DNA of 64,000 bases from a virus, in IMG/VR virus record IMGVR_UViG_3300042907_001527, positions 1 to 64,000 of that record; one strand, given 5' to 3'. A model generated the notes under the pieces. That model was not told the origin of the DNA and ran no database searches. It worked only from the letters and a program-made list of their open reading frames with translations. The position numbers were made by a program, and so were the translations under genes. This document shows, one piece after another, positions 1 to 8,828 of this stretch. The stretch's first letter is position 1; every line of letters begins with the position of its first letter.

Positions 1-2095
1 ATGTTCCTGAAGAACCTGAGCTACCGCTAGTTCCCGAAGAACCACTTGAACCTGATGTTCCTGAGCTACCGCTAGTTCCTGATTCACCTGATGAACCTGA
101 TGTTCCTGAGCTACCGCTAGTTCCTGATTCGCCTGATGAACCTGATGTTCCTGAACTACCTGAAGTACCATCTGTTCCTGAACTACCTGATGTACCATCC
201 GTACCACTTGAACCTGATGTTCCTGAAGAACCTGAGCTACCGCTAGTTCCCGAAGAACCACTTGAACCTGATGTTCCTGAGCTACCGCTAGTTCCTGATT
301 CACCTGATGAACCTGATGTTCCTGAGCTACCGCTAGTTCCTGAAGAACCTGAAGTTCCGCTAGTTCCTGATGAACCTGATGTTCCTGAAACTCCTGAGCT
401 ACCGCTAGTTCCTGAAGAACCACTTGAACCTGATGTTCCATCCGTTCCGCTTGAACCTGATGTTCCTGAACTACCTGAAGTTCCGCTAGTTCCTGATGAA
501 CCTGATGTTCCTGAACTACCTGAAGTACCATCTGTTCCTGAAGAACCTGATGTTCCTGAACTACCTGAAGTACCATCTGTTCCTGAACTACCTGAAGTAC
601 CATCTATTCCTGAAGAACCTGAAGTTCCGCTAGTTCCTGATGAACCTGATGTTCCTGAAACTCCTGAGCTACCGCTAGTTCCTGAAGAACCACTTGAACC
701 TGATGTTCCGTCAATACCGCTTGAACCTGATGTTCCTGAACTACCTGAAGTGCCACTTGAACCTGATGTTCCTGAACTACCTGAAGTACCATCTGTTCCT
801 GAACTACCTGAAGTACCATCTGTTCCTGAACTACCTGATGTACCATCTGTTCCTGAACTACCTGATGTACCATCCGTACCACTTGAACCTGATGTTCCTG
901 AACTACCTGAAGTACCATCTATTCCTGAAGAACCACTTGTTCCGCTTGAACCTGATGTTCCATCCGTTCCACTTGAACCTGATGTTCCTGATGAACCGCT
1001 TGTACCATCCGTACCACTTGAACCTGATGTTCCTGATGAACCGCTTGTACCATCCGTACCACTTGAACCTGATGTTCCTGAAGAACCACTTGTACCATCC
1101 GTACCACTTGAACCTGATGTTCCTGAAGAACCACTTGTACCATCCGTACCACTTGAACCTGATGTTCCTGAACTACCTGAAGTACCATCTGTTCCTGAAC
1201 TACCTGATGTACCATCCGTACCACTTGAACCTGATGTTCCTGAACTACCTGAAGTACCATCTATTCCTGAAGAACCTGAAGTACCATCTGTTCCTGAAGA
1301 ACCACTTGTTCCGCTTGAACCTGATGTTCCATCCGTTCCACTTGAACCTGATGTTCCTGATGAACCGCTTGTACCATCCGTACCACTTGAACCTGATGTT
1401 CCTGAAGAACCACTTGAACCTGATGTTCCTGAAGAACCACTTGTACCATCCGTACCACTTGAACCTGATGTTCCTGAAGAACCACTTGTACCATCCGTAC
1501 CACTTGAACCTGATGTTCCTGAACTACCTGAAGTACCATCTGTTCCTGAACTACCTGATGTACCATCCGTACCACTTGAACCTGATGTTCCTGAACTACC
1601 TGAAGTACCATCTATTCCTGAAGAACCTGAAGTACCATCTGTTCCTGAAGAACCACTTGTTCCGCTTGAACCTGATGTTCCATCCGTTCCACTTGAACCT
1701 GATGTTCCTGATGAACCGCTTGTACCATCCGTACCACTTGAACCTGATGTTCCTGAAGAACCACTTGAACCTGATGTTCCTGAAGAACCACTTGTACCAT
1801 CCGTACCACTTGAACCTGATGTTCCTGAACTACCTGAAGTACCATCTGTTCCTGAACTACCTGAAGTACCATCTGTTCCTGAAGAACCACTTGTACCATC
1901 CGTACCACTTGAACCTGATGTTCCTGAACTACCTGAAGTACCATCTATTCCTGAAGAACCTGAAGTACCATCTGTTCCTGAAGAACCACTTGTTCCGCTT
2001 GAACCTGAGCTACCACTAGTTCCTGAAGAACCACTTGAACCTGATGTTCCTGATGAACCGCTTGTACCATCCGTACCACTTGAACCTGATGTTCC
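1..2095. repeat. 9-bp-unit coding tandem repeat with higher-order duplications (about 216 bp and 333-351 bp periods)
   Basis: Units such as gaacctgat/gttcctgaa/ctacctgaa; position 1 recurs at 217; shadow ORFs recur at 919, 1261, 1612. Confidence 0.95.
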
Positions 2096-2848
2096 TGAAG
2101 AATTACAATCTGAAAACCCTGTCACATTAACAAAAGAACCATCGCTATTAGATAATGTTAAGGTGTCGGTATTACATGTATATGTTCCACCTGTTACAGT
2201 ACCAGTAAATCCTGATACTGAAATCATTTCACCATAGTTATTATTTAACTGTAATGTAGTTGTCGCAGAATAATATGTACCACCCGTAATAAAAGTGTCA
2301 TTTAAATCTGCGATTCTCCATCTTGCGGTATCACGAGTAAAACCATTAACACCCTCAATTGTTGAACCAGTCCAAGCGTCCATTAAGTTTTGTCCACTAG
2401 GCGTTAAATTCAAAACATAGTAACCTGTACCACCAACATCAGTAATGTCACCAGCAGCTTCTGCGGCATCCCACAAATTTTCATAATTTGGTATTATATA
2501 TTGATATGTTGTTAGATTTTCTTGAACAAAAACCAACATACCCAATCTTCTTCTACCAGAAGAAATTCCGTCATTATTTAAATTTAATTGGTTAATATAA
2601 GGTGGTGGGTCACTATGTACAGCCGAAGTAAAACTAATAGGAATTGTATTACCCGTAAATAGGACTGGACCTCCACCGTTGTAAATATCATTTGGAATAA
2701 TCCAATCTAAGTCCGCCAAACTCCAAACTTCCATGTGTCCACCAATACTATTTACACTAAAAATTGTTCCAGTGTCGCTATCCCTATCTACAGAAATAGG
2801 TCCAAATACTATGGTACCTGAAGTTGGATTTTTATATTCAAAACTCAT
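1..2848 (-). CDS. Collagen-like (Gly-X-Y) Ser/Thr-rich fibre protein, 3' end beyond window start; absent from ORF track
   Basis: ATG at 2848 reads MSFEYKNPTSGTIVFGP...SSGRRRLGMLVFVQE...TGFSDCNSS, then GTS/GSS/GTD/GTN triplets from 2095 to the window edge with no stop seen in the stretches read; same strand as all neighbours. Confidence 0.9.
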   Translation of the reverse strand, partial: MSFEYKNPTSGTIVFGPISVDRDSDTGTIFSVNSIGGHMEVWSLADLDWIIPNDIYNGGGPVLFTGNTIPISFTSAVHSDPPPYINQLNLNNDGISSGRRRLGMLVFVQENLTTYQYIIPNYENLWDAAEAAGDITDVGGTGYYVLNLTPSGQNLMDAWTGSTIEGVNGFTRDTARWRIADLNDTFITGGTYYSATTTLQLNNNYGEMISVSGFTGTVTGGTYTCNTDTLTLSNSDGSFVNVTGFSDCNSSGTSGSSGTDGTSGSSGTSGSSGSSGTSGSSGSSGTSGSSGTDGTSGSSGIDGTSGSSGTSGSSGTDGTSGSSGTDGTSGSSGTDGTSGSSGTSGSSGTDGTSGSSGTSGSSGSSGTSGSSGTDGTSGSSGTSGSSGTDGTSGSSGTSGSSGTDGTSGSSGIDGTSGSSGTSGSSGTDGTSGSSGTDGTSGSSGTSGSSGTDGTSGSSGTSGSSGTDGTSGSSGTSGSSGSSGTSGSSGTDGTSGSSGTSGSSGTDGTSGSSGTSGSSGTDGTSGSSGIDGTSGSSGTSGSSGTDGTSGSSGTDGTSGSSGTSGSSGTDGTSGSSGTSGSSGTDGTSGSSGTSGSSGTDGTSGSSGTSGSSGTDGTSGSSGTSGSSGTDGTSGSSGTSGSSGIDGTSGSSGTSGSSGTDGTSGSSGTDGTSGSSGTDGTSGSSGTDGTSGSSGTSGSSGTSGSSGTSGSSGIDGTSGSSGSSGTSGSSGVSGTSGSSGTSGTSGSSGIDGTSGSSGTDGTSGSSGTSGSSGTDGTSGSSGTSGSSGTSGTSGSSGTSGSSGTDGTSGSSGSSGTSGSSGVSGTSGSSGTSGTSGSSGTSGSSGTSGSSGESGTSGSSGTSGSSGSSGTSGSSGSSGTSGSSGTDGTSGSSGTDGTSGSSGTSGSSGESGTSGSSGTSGSSGESGTSGSSGTSGSSGSSGTSGSSGSSGT

Positions 2849-2896
2849 ATTAGTTTATTTCTATTTAATTTTTTATTGTATACTTTATTTTATAAA

Positions 2897-4018
2897 CTAC
2901 GGTGATGTTAATGAACAAAGTGAGAATCCTCCAGTTTCCTCTCCCGCTGAAAGTAATTGAACTACTTGTCCTGAATTTGTATAGTATCCTGTCATGTTAG
3001 TTGTAACTGGTCCCAATAAAGAATCATAAAATAAGACATTTTGGTCAAAAGTTGAATTGTCACCATATATTGTTATTGTGTTAATACCATTACATGAATC
3101 ATAAGCTGTTGCACCTGTTGAAACTACAAAACTAAATCTAGTTTGTGTTGGAGAAACAGTTGGTGTTACAGTATTGGTTGGTGTTGAAGTTCTAGTAGGT
3201 GTATTGGTTGGTGTTGTAGTATTAGTTGGTGTATTCGTATTTGTTGGTGTTACACTTGGTGTTACACTTGGTGTTGTAGTATTAGTTGGTGTTACAGTTT
3301 GTGTTACGGTATTTGTTGGTGTTACAGTTGGTGTTACAGTATTTGTTGGTGTTACAGTTGGTGTCACACTTTGAGTTGGTGTAGGTGTTGTAATAATAGA
3401 ACAAAGTATGAATCCATCAGTTTCATATCCTGTTGAAAGTAATTGAACTACTTGTCCTGAAATTGAATAGTATCCTGCCATGTTAGTTGTAACTGGTCCT
3501 GATAAAGAATCATAAAAGAACGTATTTTCATCAAAAGTTGCAACATCACCATATATAGTGATTGATGATAACTCATTACAAGCTTGATTATAGGTTGTAC
3601 CAGTTGACACAACAAAACTAAATCTAGTATTTGTTGGTGTTTCAGTATTAGTTGGTGTAACAGTATTAGTCGGTGTAACAGTATTAGTTGGTGTTACAGT
3701 ATTTGTAGGTGTTTCAGTATTAGTTGGTGTTTGAGTTGGCGTTACGGTTGAGGTTGAAGTATTTGTTATAGTAGGTGTTTGTGTTGGTGTAGATGTTGCG
3801 CATAGAATAGGAATTACCACACCATTTAACATTTCATCTCTTGTCAGTCCTAAATAATAAGCAACATTATTTAGGTAAACATTAAAAGGTCCTAACGCAT
3901 TTGAATTTGACGCTAAGCTAACAATATAAGACGTACATCCAGTAACCGTAATTTGTTGTTCAATTTCATTAACACATCCAGGTGCGTTATTAGTAACTAA
4001 TATAGAATATACCGACAT
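2897..4018 (-). CDS. Thr/Pro-rich (mucin-like) putative virion fibre protein with two copies of a ~76-aa Cys-bracketed module
   Basis: TPTNT linkers separating two TRFSFVVSTG...C...GYY...GQVVQL...LCS modules. Confidence 0.8.
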   Translation of the reverse strand: MSVYSILVTNNAPGCVNEIEQQITVTGCTSYIVSLASNSNALGPFNVYLNNVAYYLGLTRDEMLNGVVIPILCATSTPTQTPTITNTSTSTVTPTQTPTNTETPTNTVTPTNTVTPTNTVTPTNTETPTNTRFSFVVSTGTTYNQACNELSSITIYGDVATFDENTFFYDSLSGPVTTNMAGYYSISGQVVQLLSTGYETDGFILCSIITTPTPTQSVTPTVTPTNTVTPTVTPTNTVTQTVTPTNTTTPSVTPSVTPTNTNTPTNTTTPTNTPTRTSTPTNTVTPTVSPTQTRFSFVVSTGATAYDSCNGINTITIYGDNSTFDQNVLFYDSLLGPVTTNMTGYYTNSGQVVQLLSAGEETGGFSLCSLTSP

Positions 4019-4117
4019 TCGATGTTTTTATTTAATAAATACTTTGACAATATTTATTTAAACAAATATTAAATTAAAAAATAAAATTTAGGGTTGAGGA
4101 TGTTATTGCAACTTAAC

Positions 4118-4241
4118 TTATGAAGGAATACAACTATAATAGCCAACAATAACCCGATTAATAAGTTGAACAACAATCCCATCAACAGGACTATGGACAT
4201 CTTATTAAAAAACACCAATTAGTACCTCCTAACGGAGCAAA
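4118..4241 (-). pseudogene. Two stacked orphan C-terminal coding remnants of fibre proteins
   Basis: 4241-4191 reads FAPLGGTNWCFLIRCP* (compare [17 protein letters not shown] ending the upstream gene); 4192-4118 reads SPVDGIVVQLINRVIVGYYSCIPS* (compare SISGQVVQL...LCSLTSP*). Confidence 0.55.
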
Positions 4242-4264
4242 TTTCTTCAACCGATGGTTATTAG

Positions 4265-6319
4265 TTAGTTAATACATACCACTGAAAAATTCCAAGCAGT
4301 ACTTAATATCGGAGCTGTAACAACTACCAAAACGGTTGTAGGTGATGTCGATGATTTGTTGAAAATCATACTACCAGCCCCTGGCCCTGATACGTTTGGA
4401 TATCCTAAGGCATTTAATTGTGCATTATAGGAGGGGTCACCTCTAAATCCTGTGTCAATAACCATATTCCCATTCCAAAAAACTTGAAATTGGTCAGGTA
4501 CAGTATATGCGTTAAAGTTAAAAGTAGTATCACCCGCAGTCAACCCCATCTCAACAGTAATTTGATGAACACCAATACTACCACTACCATTATATGTAAC
4601 ATCACAGTTGGTTTCACCTGTAATAATTGTATATGGTGTTGTAGATGGAGTCGGTGTAACAGTATTAGTTGGTGTAATAGTATTAGTTGGTGTTTTAGTT
4701 ACTGTTGGTGTATTTGTTGGCGTTACAGTATTTGTTGGAGTTTTAGTATTAGTTGGTGTTACTGTAGGAGTTGTTGTTGGTGTTGCGGTATTTGTAGGTG
4801 TTACTGTAGGAGTTGTTGTCGATGTTTCAGTATTTGTTGGTGTAACAGTTGGTGTTTCAGTATTTGTTGGTGTAACAGTTGGCGTTTCAGTATTTGTAGG
4901 TGTTACTGTAGGAGTTGTTGTCGATGTTTCAGTATTTGTTGGTGTAACAGTTGGTGTTTCAGTATTTGTTGGTGTAACAGTTGGCGTTTCAGTATTTGTA
5001 GGTGTTACTGTAGGAGTTGTTGTCGATGTTTCAGTATTTGTTGGTGTAACAGTTGGTGTTTCAGTATTTGTAGGTGTTACTGTAGGAGTTGTTGTCGATG
5101 TTTCAGTATTTGTTGGTGTAACAGTTGGCGTTTCAGTATTTGTAGGTGTTACTGTAGGAGTTGTTGTCGATGTTTCAGTATTTGTTGGTGTAACAGTATT
5201 TGTTGGTGTTTCAGTATTTGTTGGTGTTACAGTATTTGTTGGTGTTTCAGTATTTGTTGGTGTTACAGTATTTGTTGGTGTAACAGTTGGTGTTTCAGTT
5301 GGGGTAGAAGTCACTGTTTCAGTATTAGTCGGTGTAACAGTACTTGTTTGTGTTGGCGTGTTAGTTGGAATTAATGAACAAAGGAAGAATCCTCCATCTT
5401 CTCCTCCTGTTGAAGTTAATTGAACAACTTGACCTGAAATTGAATAATATCCTGTCATGTTAATTGTAACTGGTCCCAATAAAGAATCATAAAATAATAC
5501 ATTTTGGTCAAAAGTTGGATTATCACCATATATTGTTATTGTGTTAATACCATTACATGCATCATAAGCTGTTATACCTGTTGTTACAACAAAAGGAAAT
5601 CTAGTGTGTGTTGGTGTTGGAGTATTTGTTGGAGTTTTAGTGTTTGTTGGAGTATTTGTTGGAGTTTTAGTTACTGTTGGAGTTTGGGTTAAAGTATTGG
5701 TTGGGGTTGAAGTTGGGGTTGAAGTATTGGTTGGGGTTGAAGTTTGGGTTGGGGTTGAAGTTGGGGTTGAAGTTGGGGTTGAAGTTGGGGTTGAAGTTGG
5801 GGTTGAAGTATTGGTTGGAGTTGAAGTATTGGTTGGAGTTGAAGTTTGGGTTGAAGTATTGGTTGGGGTTGAAGTATTAGTTGGTGTAACAGTATTTTCC
5901 GGTGTTTTAGTAGGTGTCGGTGTTAAAGTAGGTGTTTGAGTATTTGTCGGTGTTACAGTAGGTGTTTGAGTATTTGTTGGTGTAACAGTTGGTGTTGGTG
6001 TTTGTGTTGGTATTATAAACTCTTGAATATTAATATTAACAACACAAGACGCCAATTCGATTGTAATTTCAAATGCACAACCATAAAAACAGTCTAGTAT
6101 TTTAAATATACTACACCCATTATCATCCGTTAATTGTAACATTATTTCAGAGGCAGAATCAAATATTGAAGGAATTGTGACATTATAATCGATTATTGGT
6201 GGAACAGTTCCAGAATTAATAGTGCCAAGCAAAGTTTGATTATTACCGTATACATCGGATATGTATATGTTAATTGGGTATGTACCTCCTGATATTTCGG
6301 TTATTCTTACCTGTCTCAT
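4265..6319 (-). CDS. Thr/Pro-rich putative fibre/adhesin protein, paralog A
   Basis: N-terminal ~100 aa nearly identical to paralog B, long TPT linkers, one internal 76-aa module, distinct beta-rich C-terminal domain. Confidence 0.85.
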   Translation of the reverse strand: MRQVRITEISGGTYPINIYISDVYGNNQTLLGTINSGTVPPIIDYNVTIPSIFDSASEIMLQLTDDNGCSIFKILDCFYGCAFEITIELASCVVNINIQEFIIPTQTPTPTVTPTNTQTPTVTPTNTQTPTLTPTPTKTPENTVTPTNTSTPTNTSTQTSTPTNTSTPTNTSTPTSTPTSTPTSTPTSTPTQTSTPTNTSTPTSTPTNTLTQTPTVTKTPTNTPTNTKTPTNTPTPTHTRFPFVVTTGITAYDACNGINTITIYGDNPTFDQNVLFYDSLLGPVTINMTGYYSISGQVVQLTSTGGEDGGFFLCSLIPTNTPTQTSTVTPTNTETVTSTPTETPTVTPTNTVTPTNTETPTNTVTPTNTETPTNTVTPTNTETSTTTPTVTPTNTETPTVTPTNTETSTTTPTVTPTNTETPTVTPTNTETSTTTPTVTPTNTETPTVTPTNTETPTVTPTNTETSTTTPTVTPTNTETPTVTPTNTETPTVTPTNTETSTTTPTVTPTNTATPTTTPTVTPTNTKTPTNTVTPTNTPTVTKTPTNTITPTNTVTPTPSTTPYTIITGETNCDVTYNGSGSIGVHQITVEMGLTAGDTTFNFNAYTVPDQFQVFWNGNMVIDTGFRGDPSYNAQLNALGYPNVSGPGAGSMIFNKSSTSPTTVLVVVTAPILSTAWNFSVVCIN

Positions 6320-6366
6320 GTTAAATAAATTGTATCATAAACAATAATTAATTTAATAATAATTTC
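5990..6366. repeat. ~375-bp near-identical duplication of 8447-8860
   Basis: 6161-6320 matches 8617-8776 essentially base for base; identity ends at 6366/8860. Confidence 0.95.
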
Positions 6367-6603
6367 AACATCTGTCGTGTCCGCTAAATGTGACAATCCT
6401 GAATCCATAGTCACAAAACATAACAATTTATCAATCAAATGCCAATCTTGGGATAGACTTGTCTTATTCATTAAGTTTAATCCATCTTTTATTTTAAAAT
6501 TAAACGTTGGCTTATAAATATTAAAGAATCCCTTTTCAGAACTATCTTTCCCAATCGACACAACTGAAATACCTAAATCATTTAATTTTTTTGTTAGTTT
6601 CAT
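6316..6603 (-). pseudogene. Chimeric ORF: GT9-family (heptosyltransferase-like) glycosyltransferase fragment fused to a copy of the last 16 codons of the SprB-repeat gene
   Basis: FVTMDSGLSHLA resembles the GT9 DSG..H.A motif; tail [16 protein letters not shown] matches EIIIKLIIVYDTICLT of 8810..10945; in-frame TAG just upstream of the ATG. Confidence 0.7.
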
Positions 6604-6624
6604 CTATTTAGATGACGTATATTT

Positions 6625-8775
6625 TTAACAAAAATCTCCAAAAGTAAAAACTCCACCAACTACTGAACCATAACTAGTGAAATCTGAATAAACTCCGTCA
6701 TCTGCTAGTGTAGTACAATTGGCGTCTGTGTAGATTGCGAGAGCATCATACAAATCACAACTATAGTTATCACATTCAGAACTTATATAGAATGTTCCTC
6801 CTGTTGCATTACAAGCATCTAATGGGTCATTGACATCGTAACCCAATTGAATTTCACAACAAATAGTTATCTCTGATGTATCACAAATAACTAGAGGTGA
6901 AGATAAGGTAACACCAGTAGAACCTGTATAAGGATAATAACATACCGTATATCCAGTAGTTTCATTCCCACTTGTTCCAGTTTCTTGCCCGAAAGGGTAA
7001 CAACATGAGTGATATGAGTATACGGTATCCTTTGGTATGTGTCCTTCAACACATCTAAGACCAGCCTGTGTTTGTGTTACTGTTGGAGTTGATGTGTTTG
7101 TTGTAGTGTTACTTGGAGTCGCCGTCGGAGTTAACCCAATTGTAACTGTTGGTGTTTGAGTATTTGTTGGTGTTACAGTATTTGTAGGTGTTTCAGTTGG
7201 TGTAACAGTATTAGTCGGTGTAACAGTATTTGTAGGTGTTTCAGTGTTAGTTGGTGTTTGAGTATTTGTAGGTGTTTCAGTATTTGTAGGTGTTTCAGTA
7301 TTAGTTGGTGTAACAGTATTAGTTGGTGTTTGAGTATTTGTCGGTGTTACAGTATTTGTAGGTGTTTCAGTATTTGTTGGTGTTACAGTGTTAGTTGGTG
7401 TTGAAGTATTTGTAGGTGTTTCAGTATTAGTTGGAGTAACAGTATTTGTTGGTGTTTCAGTATTAGTTGGTGTTACAGTTGGTGTTTCAGTATTAGTTGG
7501 TGTTTGAGTAGGAGTTAACACTTGTGTTTCAGTTGGGGTAGAAGTTACTGTTACAGTATTAGTCGGTGTAACAGTATTTGTTGATGTTACTGTAGGAGTT
7601 GTTGTCGGTGTTTCAGTGTTAGTTGGTGTTGAAGTATTTGTAGGTGTTACAGTATTTGTAGGTGTTTCAGTATTTGTTGGTGTTACAGTGTTAGTTGGTG
7701 TTGAAGTATTTGTAGGTGTTTCAGTATTAGTTGGAGTAACAGTATTTGTTGGTGTTTCAGTATTAGTTGGTGTTACAGTTGGTGTTTCAGTATTAGTTGG
7801 TGTTTGAGTAGGAGTTAACACTTGTGTTTCAGTTGGGGTAGAAGTTACTGTTACAGTATTAGTCGGTGTAACAGTATTTGTTGATGTTACTGTAGGAGTT
7901 GTTGTCGGTGTTTCAGTGTTAGTTGGTGTTGAAGTATTTGTAGGTGTTTCAGTATTTGTAGGTGTTTCAGTATTTGTTGGTGTTGAAGTATTTGTAGGTG
8001 TTTCAGTATTAGTTGGTGTTTGAGTAGGAGTTAACACTTGTGTTTCAGTTGGGGTAGAAGTTACTGTTTCAGTATTTGTAGGTGTTTCAGTGTTAGTTGG
8101 TGTTGAAGTATTTGTAGGTGTTTCAGTATTAGTTGGTGTTGAAGTATTTGTAGGTGTTACAGTGTTAGTTGGTGTTACAGTATTTGTAGGTGTTTCAGTA
8201 TTTGTAGGTGTTTCAGTGTTAGTTGGTGTTGAAGTATTTGTAGGTGTTTCAGTATTAGTTGGTGTTACTGTTGGTGTTTCAGTATTAGTTGGTGTTTGAG
8301 TAGGAGTTAACACTTGTGTTTCAGTTGGGGTAGAAGTTACTGTTTCAGTATTAGTCGGTGTAACAGTATTTGTTGATGTTACTGTAGGAGTTGTTGTCGG
8401 TGTTTCAGTATTAGTTGGTGTTTCAGTATTTGTAGGTGTTACAGTAGGTGTTGGTGTTTGTGTTGGTATTATGAACTCTTGGATATTAATATTAACAACA
8501 CAAGACTCCAATTCGATTGTAATTTCAAATGCACAACCATAAGCACAATCTAACGTTTTAAATATACTACACCCATTATCATCCGTTAAGTATAACCTTA
8601 TTTCTGGAGCAGAATCAAATATTGAAGGAATTGTGACATTATAATCGATTATTGGTGGAACAGTTCCAGAATTAATAGTGCCAAGCAAAGTTTGATTATT
8701 ACCGTATACATCGGATATGTATATGTTAATTGGGTATGTACCTCCTGATATTTCGGTTATTCTTACCTGTCTCAT
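6625..8775 (-). CDS. Thr/Pro-rich putative fibre/adhesin protein, paralog B (start revised to ATG 8775)
   Basis: [13 protein letters not shown]-terminus shared with paralog A; ~450 aa of TPTNTE repeats; Cys-rich C-terminal domains. Confidence 0.85.
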   Translation of the reverse strand: MRQVRITEISGGTYPINIYISDVYGNNQTLLGTINSGTVPPIIDYNVTIPSIFDSAPEIRLYLTDDNGCSIFKTLDCAYGCAFEITIELESCVVNINIQEFIIPTQTPTPTVTPTNTETPTNTETPTTTPTVTSTNTVTPTNTETVTSTPTETQVLTPTQTPTNTETPTVTPTNTETPTNTSTPTNTETPTNTETPTNTVTPTNTVTPTNTSTPTNTETPTNTSTPTNTETPTNTETVTSTPTETQVLTPTQTPTNTETPTNTSTPTNTETPTNTETPTNTSTPTNTETPTTTPTVTSTNTVTPTNTVTVTSTPTETQVLTPTQTPTNTETPTVTPTNTETPTNTVTPTNTETPTNTSTPTNTVTPTNTETPTNTVTPTNTSTPTNTETPTTTPTVTSTNTVTPTNTVTVTSTPTETQVLTPTQTPTNTETPTVTPTNTETPTNTVTPTNTETPTNTSTPTNTVTPTNTETPTNTVTPTNTQTPTNTVTPTNTETPTNTETPTNTQTPTNTETPTNTVTPTNTVTPTETPTNTVTPTNTQTPTVTIGLTPTATPSNTTTNTSTPTVTQTQAGLRCVEGHIPKDTVYSYHSCCYPFGQETGTSGNETTGYTVCYYPYTGSTGVTLSSPLVICDTSEITICCEIQLGYDVNDPLDACNATGGTFYISSECDNYSCDLYDALAIYTDANCTTLADDGVYSDFTSYGSVVGGVFTFGDFC
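7344..7948. repeat. Exact 300-bp tandem duplication inside paralog B
   Basis: Lines 7381/7681, 7441/7741, 7501/7801 and 7561/7861 are identical. Confidence 0.95.
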
Positions 8776-8828
8776 GTTAAACAAATTGTATCATGTTAAA
8801 CAAATTGTCTCATGTTAAACAAATTGTA
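8772..8828. repeat. 3 x 19-bp tandem repeat TCATGTTAAACAAATTGT(A/C) over a stop/start junction
   Basis: Units at 8772-8790, 8791-8809 and 8810-8828; only one unit at the paralogous junction (6316-6334). Confidence 0.95.

Noticed and set aside
604-2237. Long alternative-frame ORFs (PEVPSVPE, LNLMF, VVQEHQ repeats)
   Set aside because: Shadow frames of the 9-bp Gly-X-Y repeat; the real gene is the minus-strand frame starting at 2848 with a non-repetitive N-terminus
3174-8299. Plus-strand Val/Gly-rich and Cys/Trp-rich ORFs
   Set aside because: Antisense shadows of the Thr/Pro repeats
8772-8828. Possible mini CRISPR array
   Set aside because: 19-bp units are directly adjacent with no spacers; no cas genes
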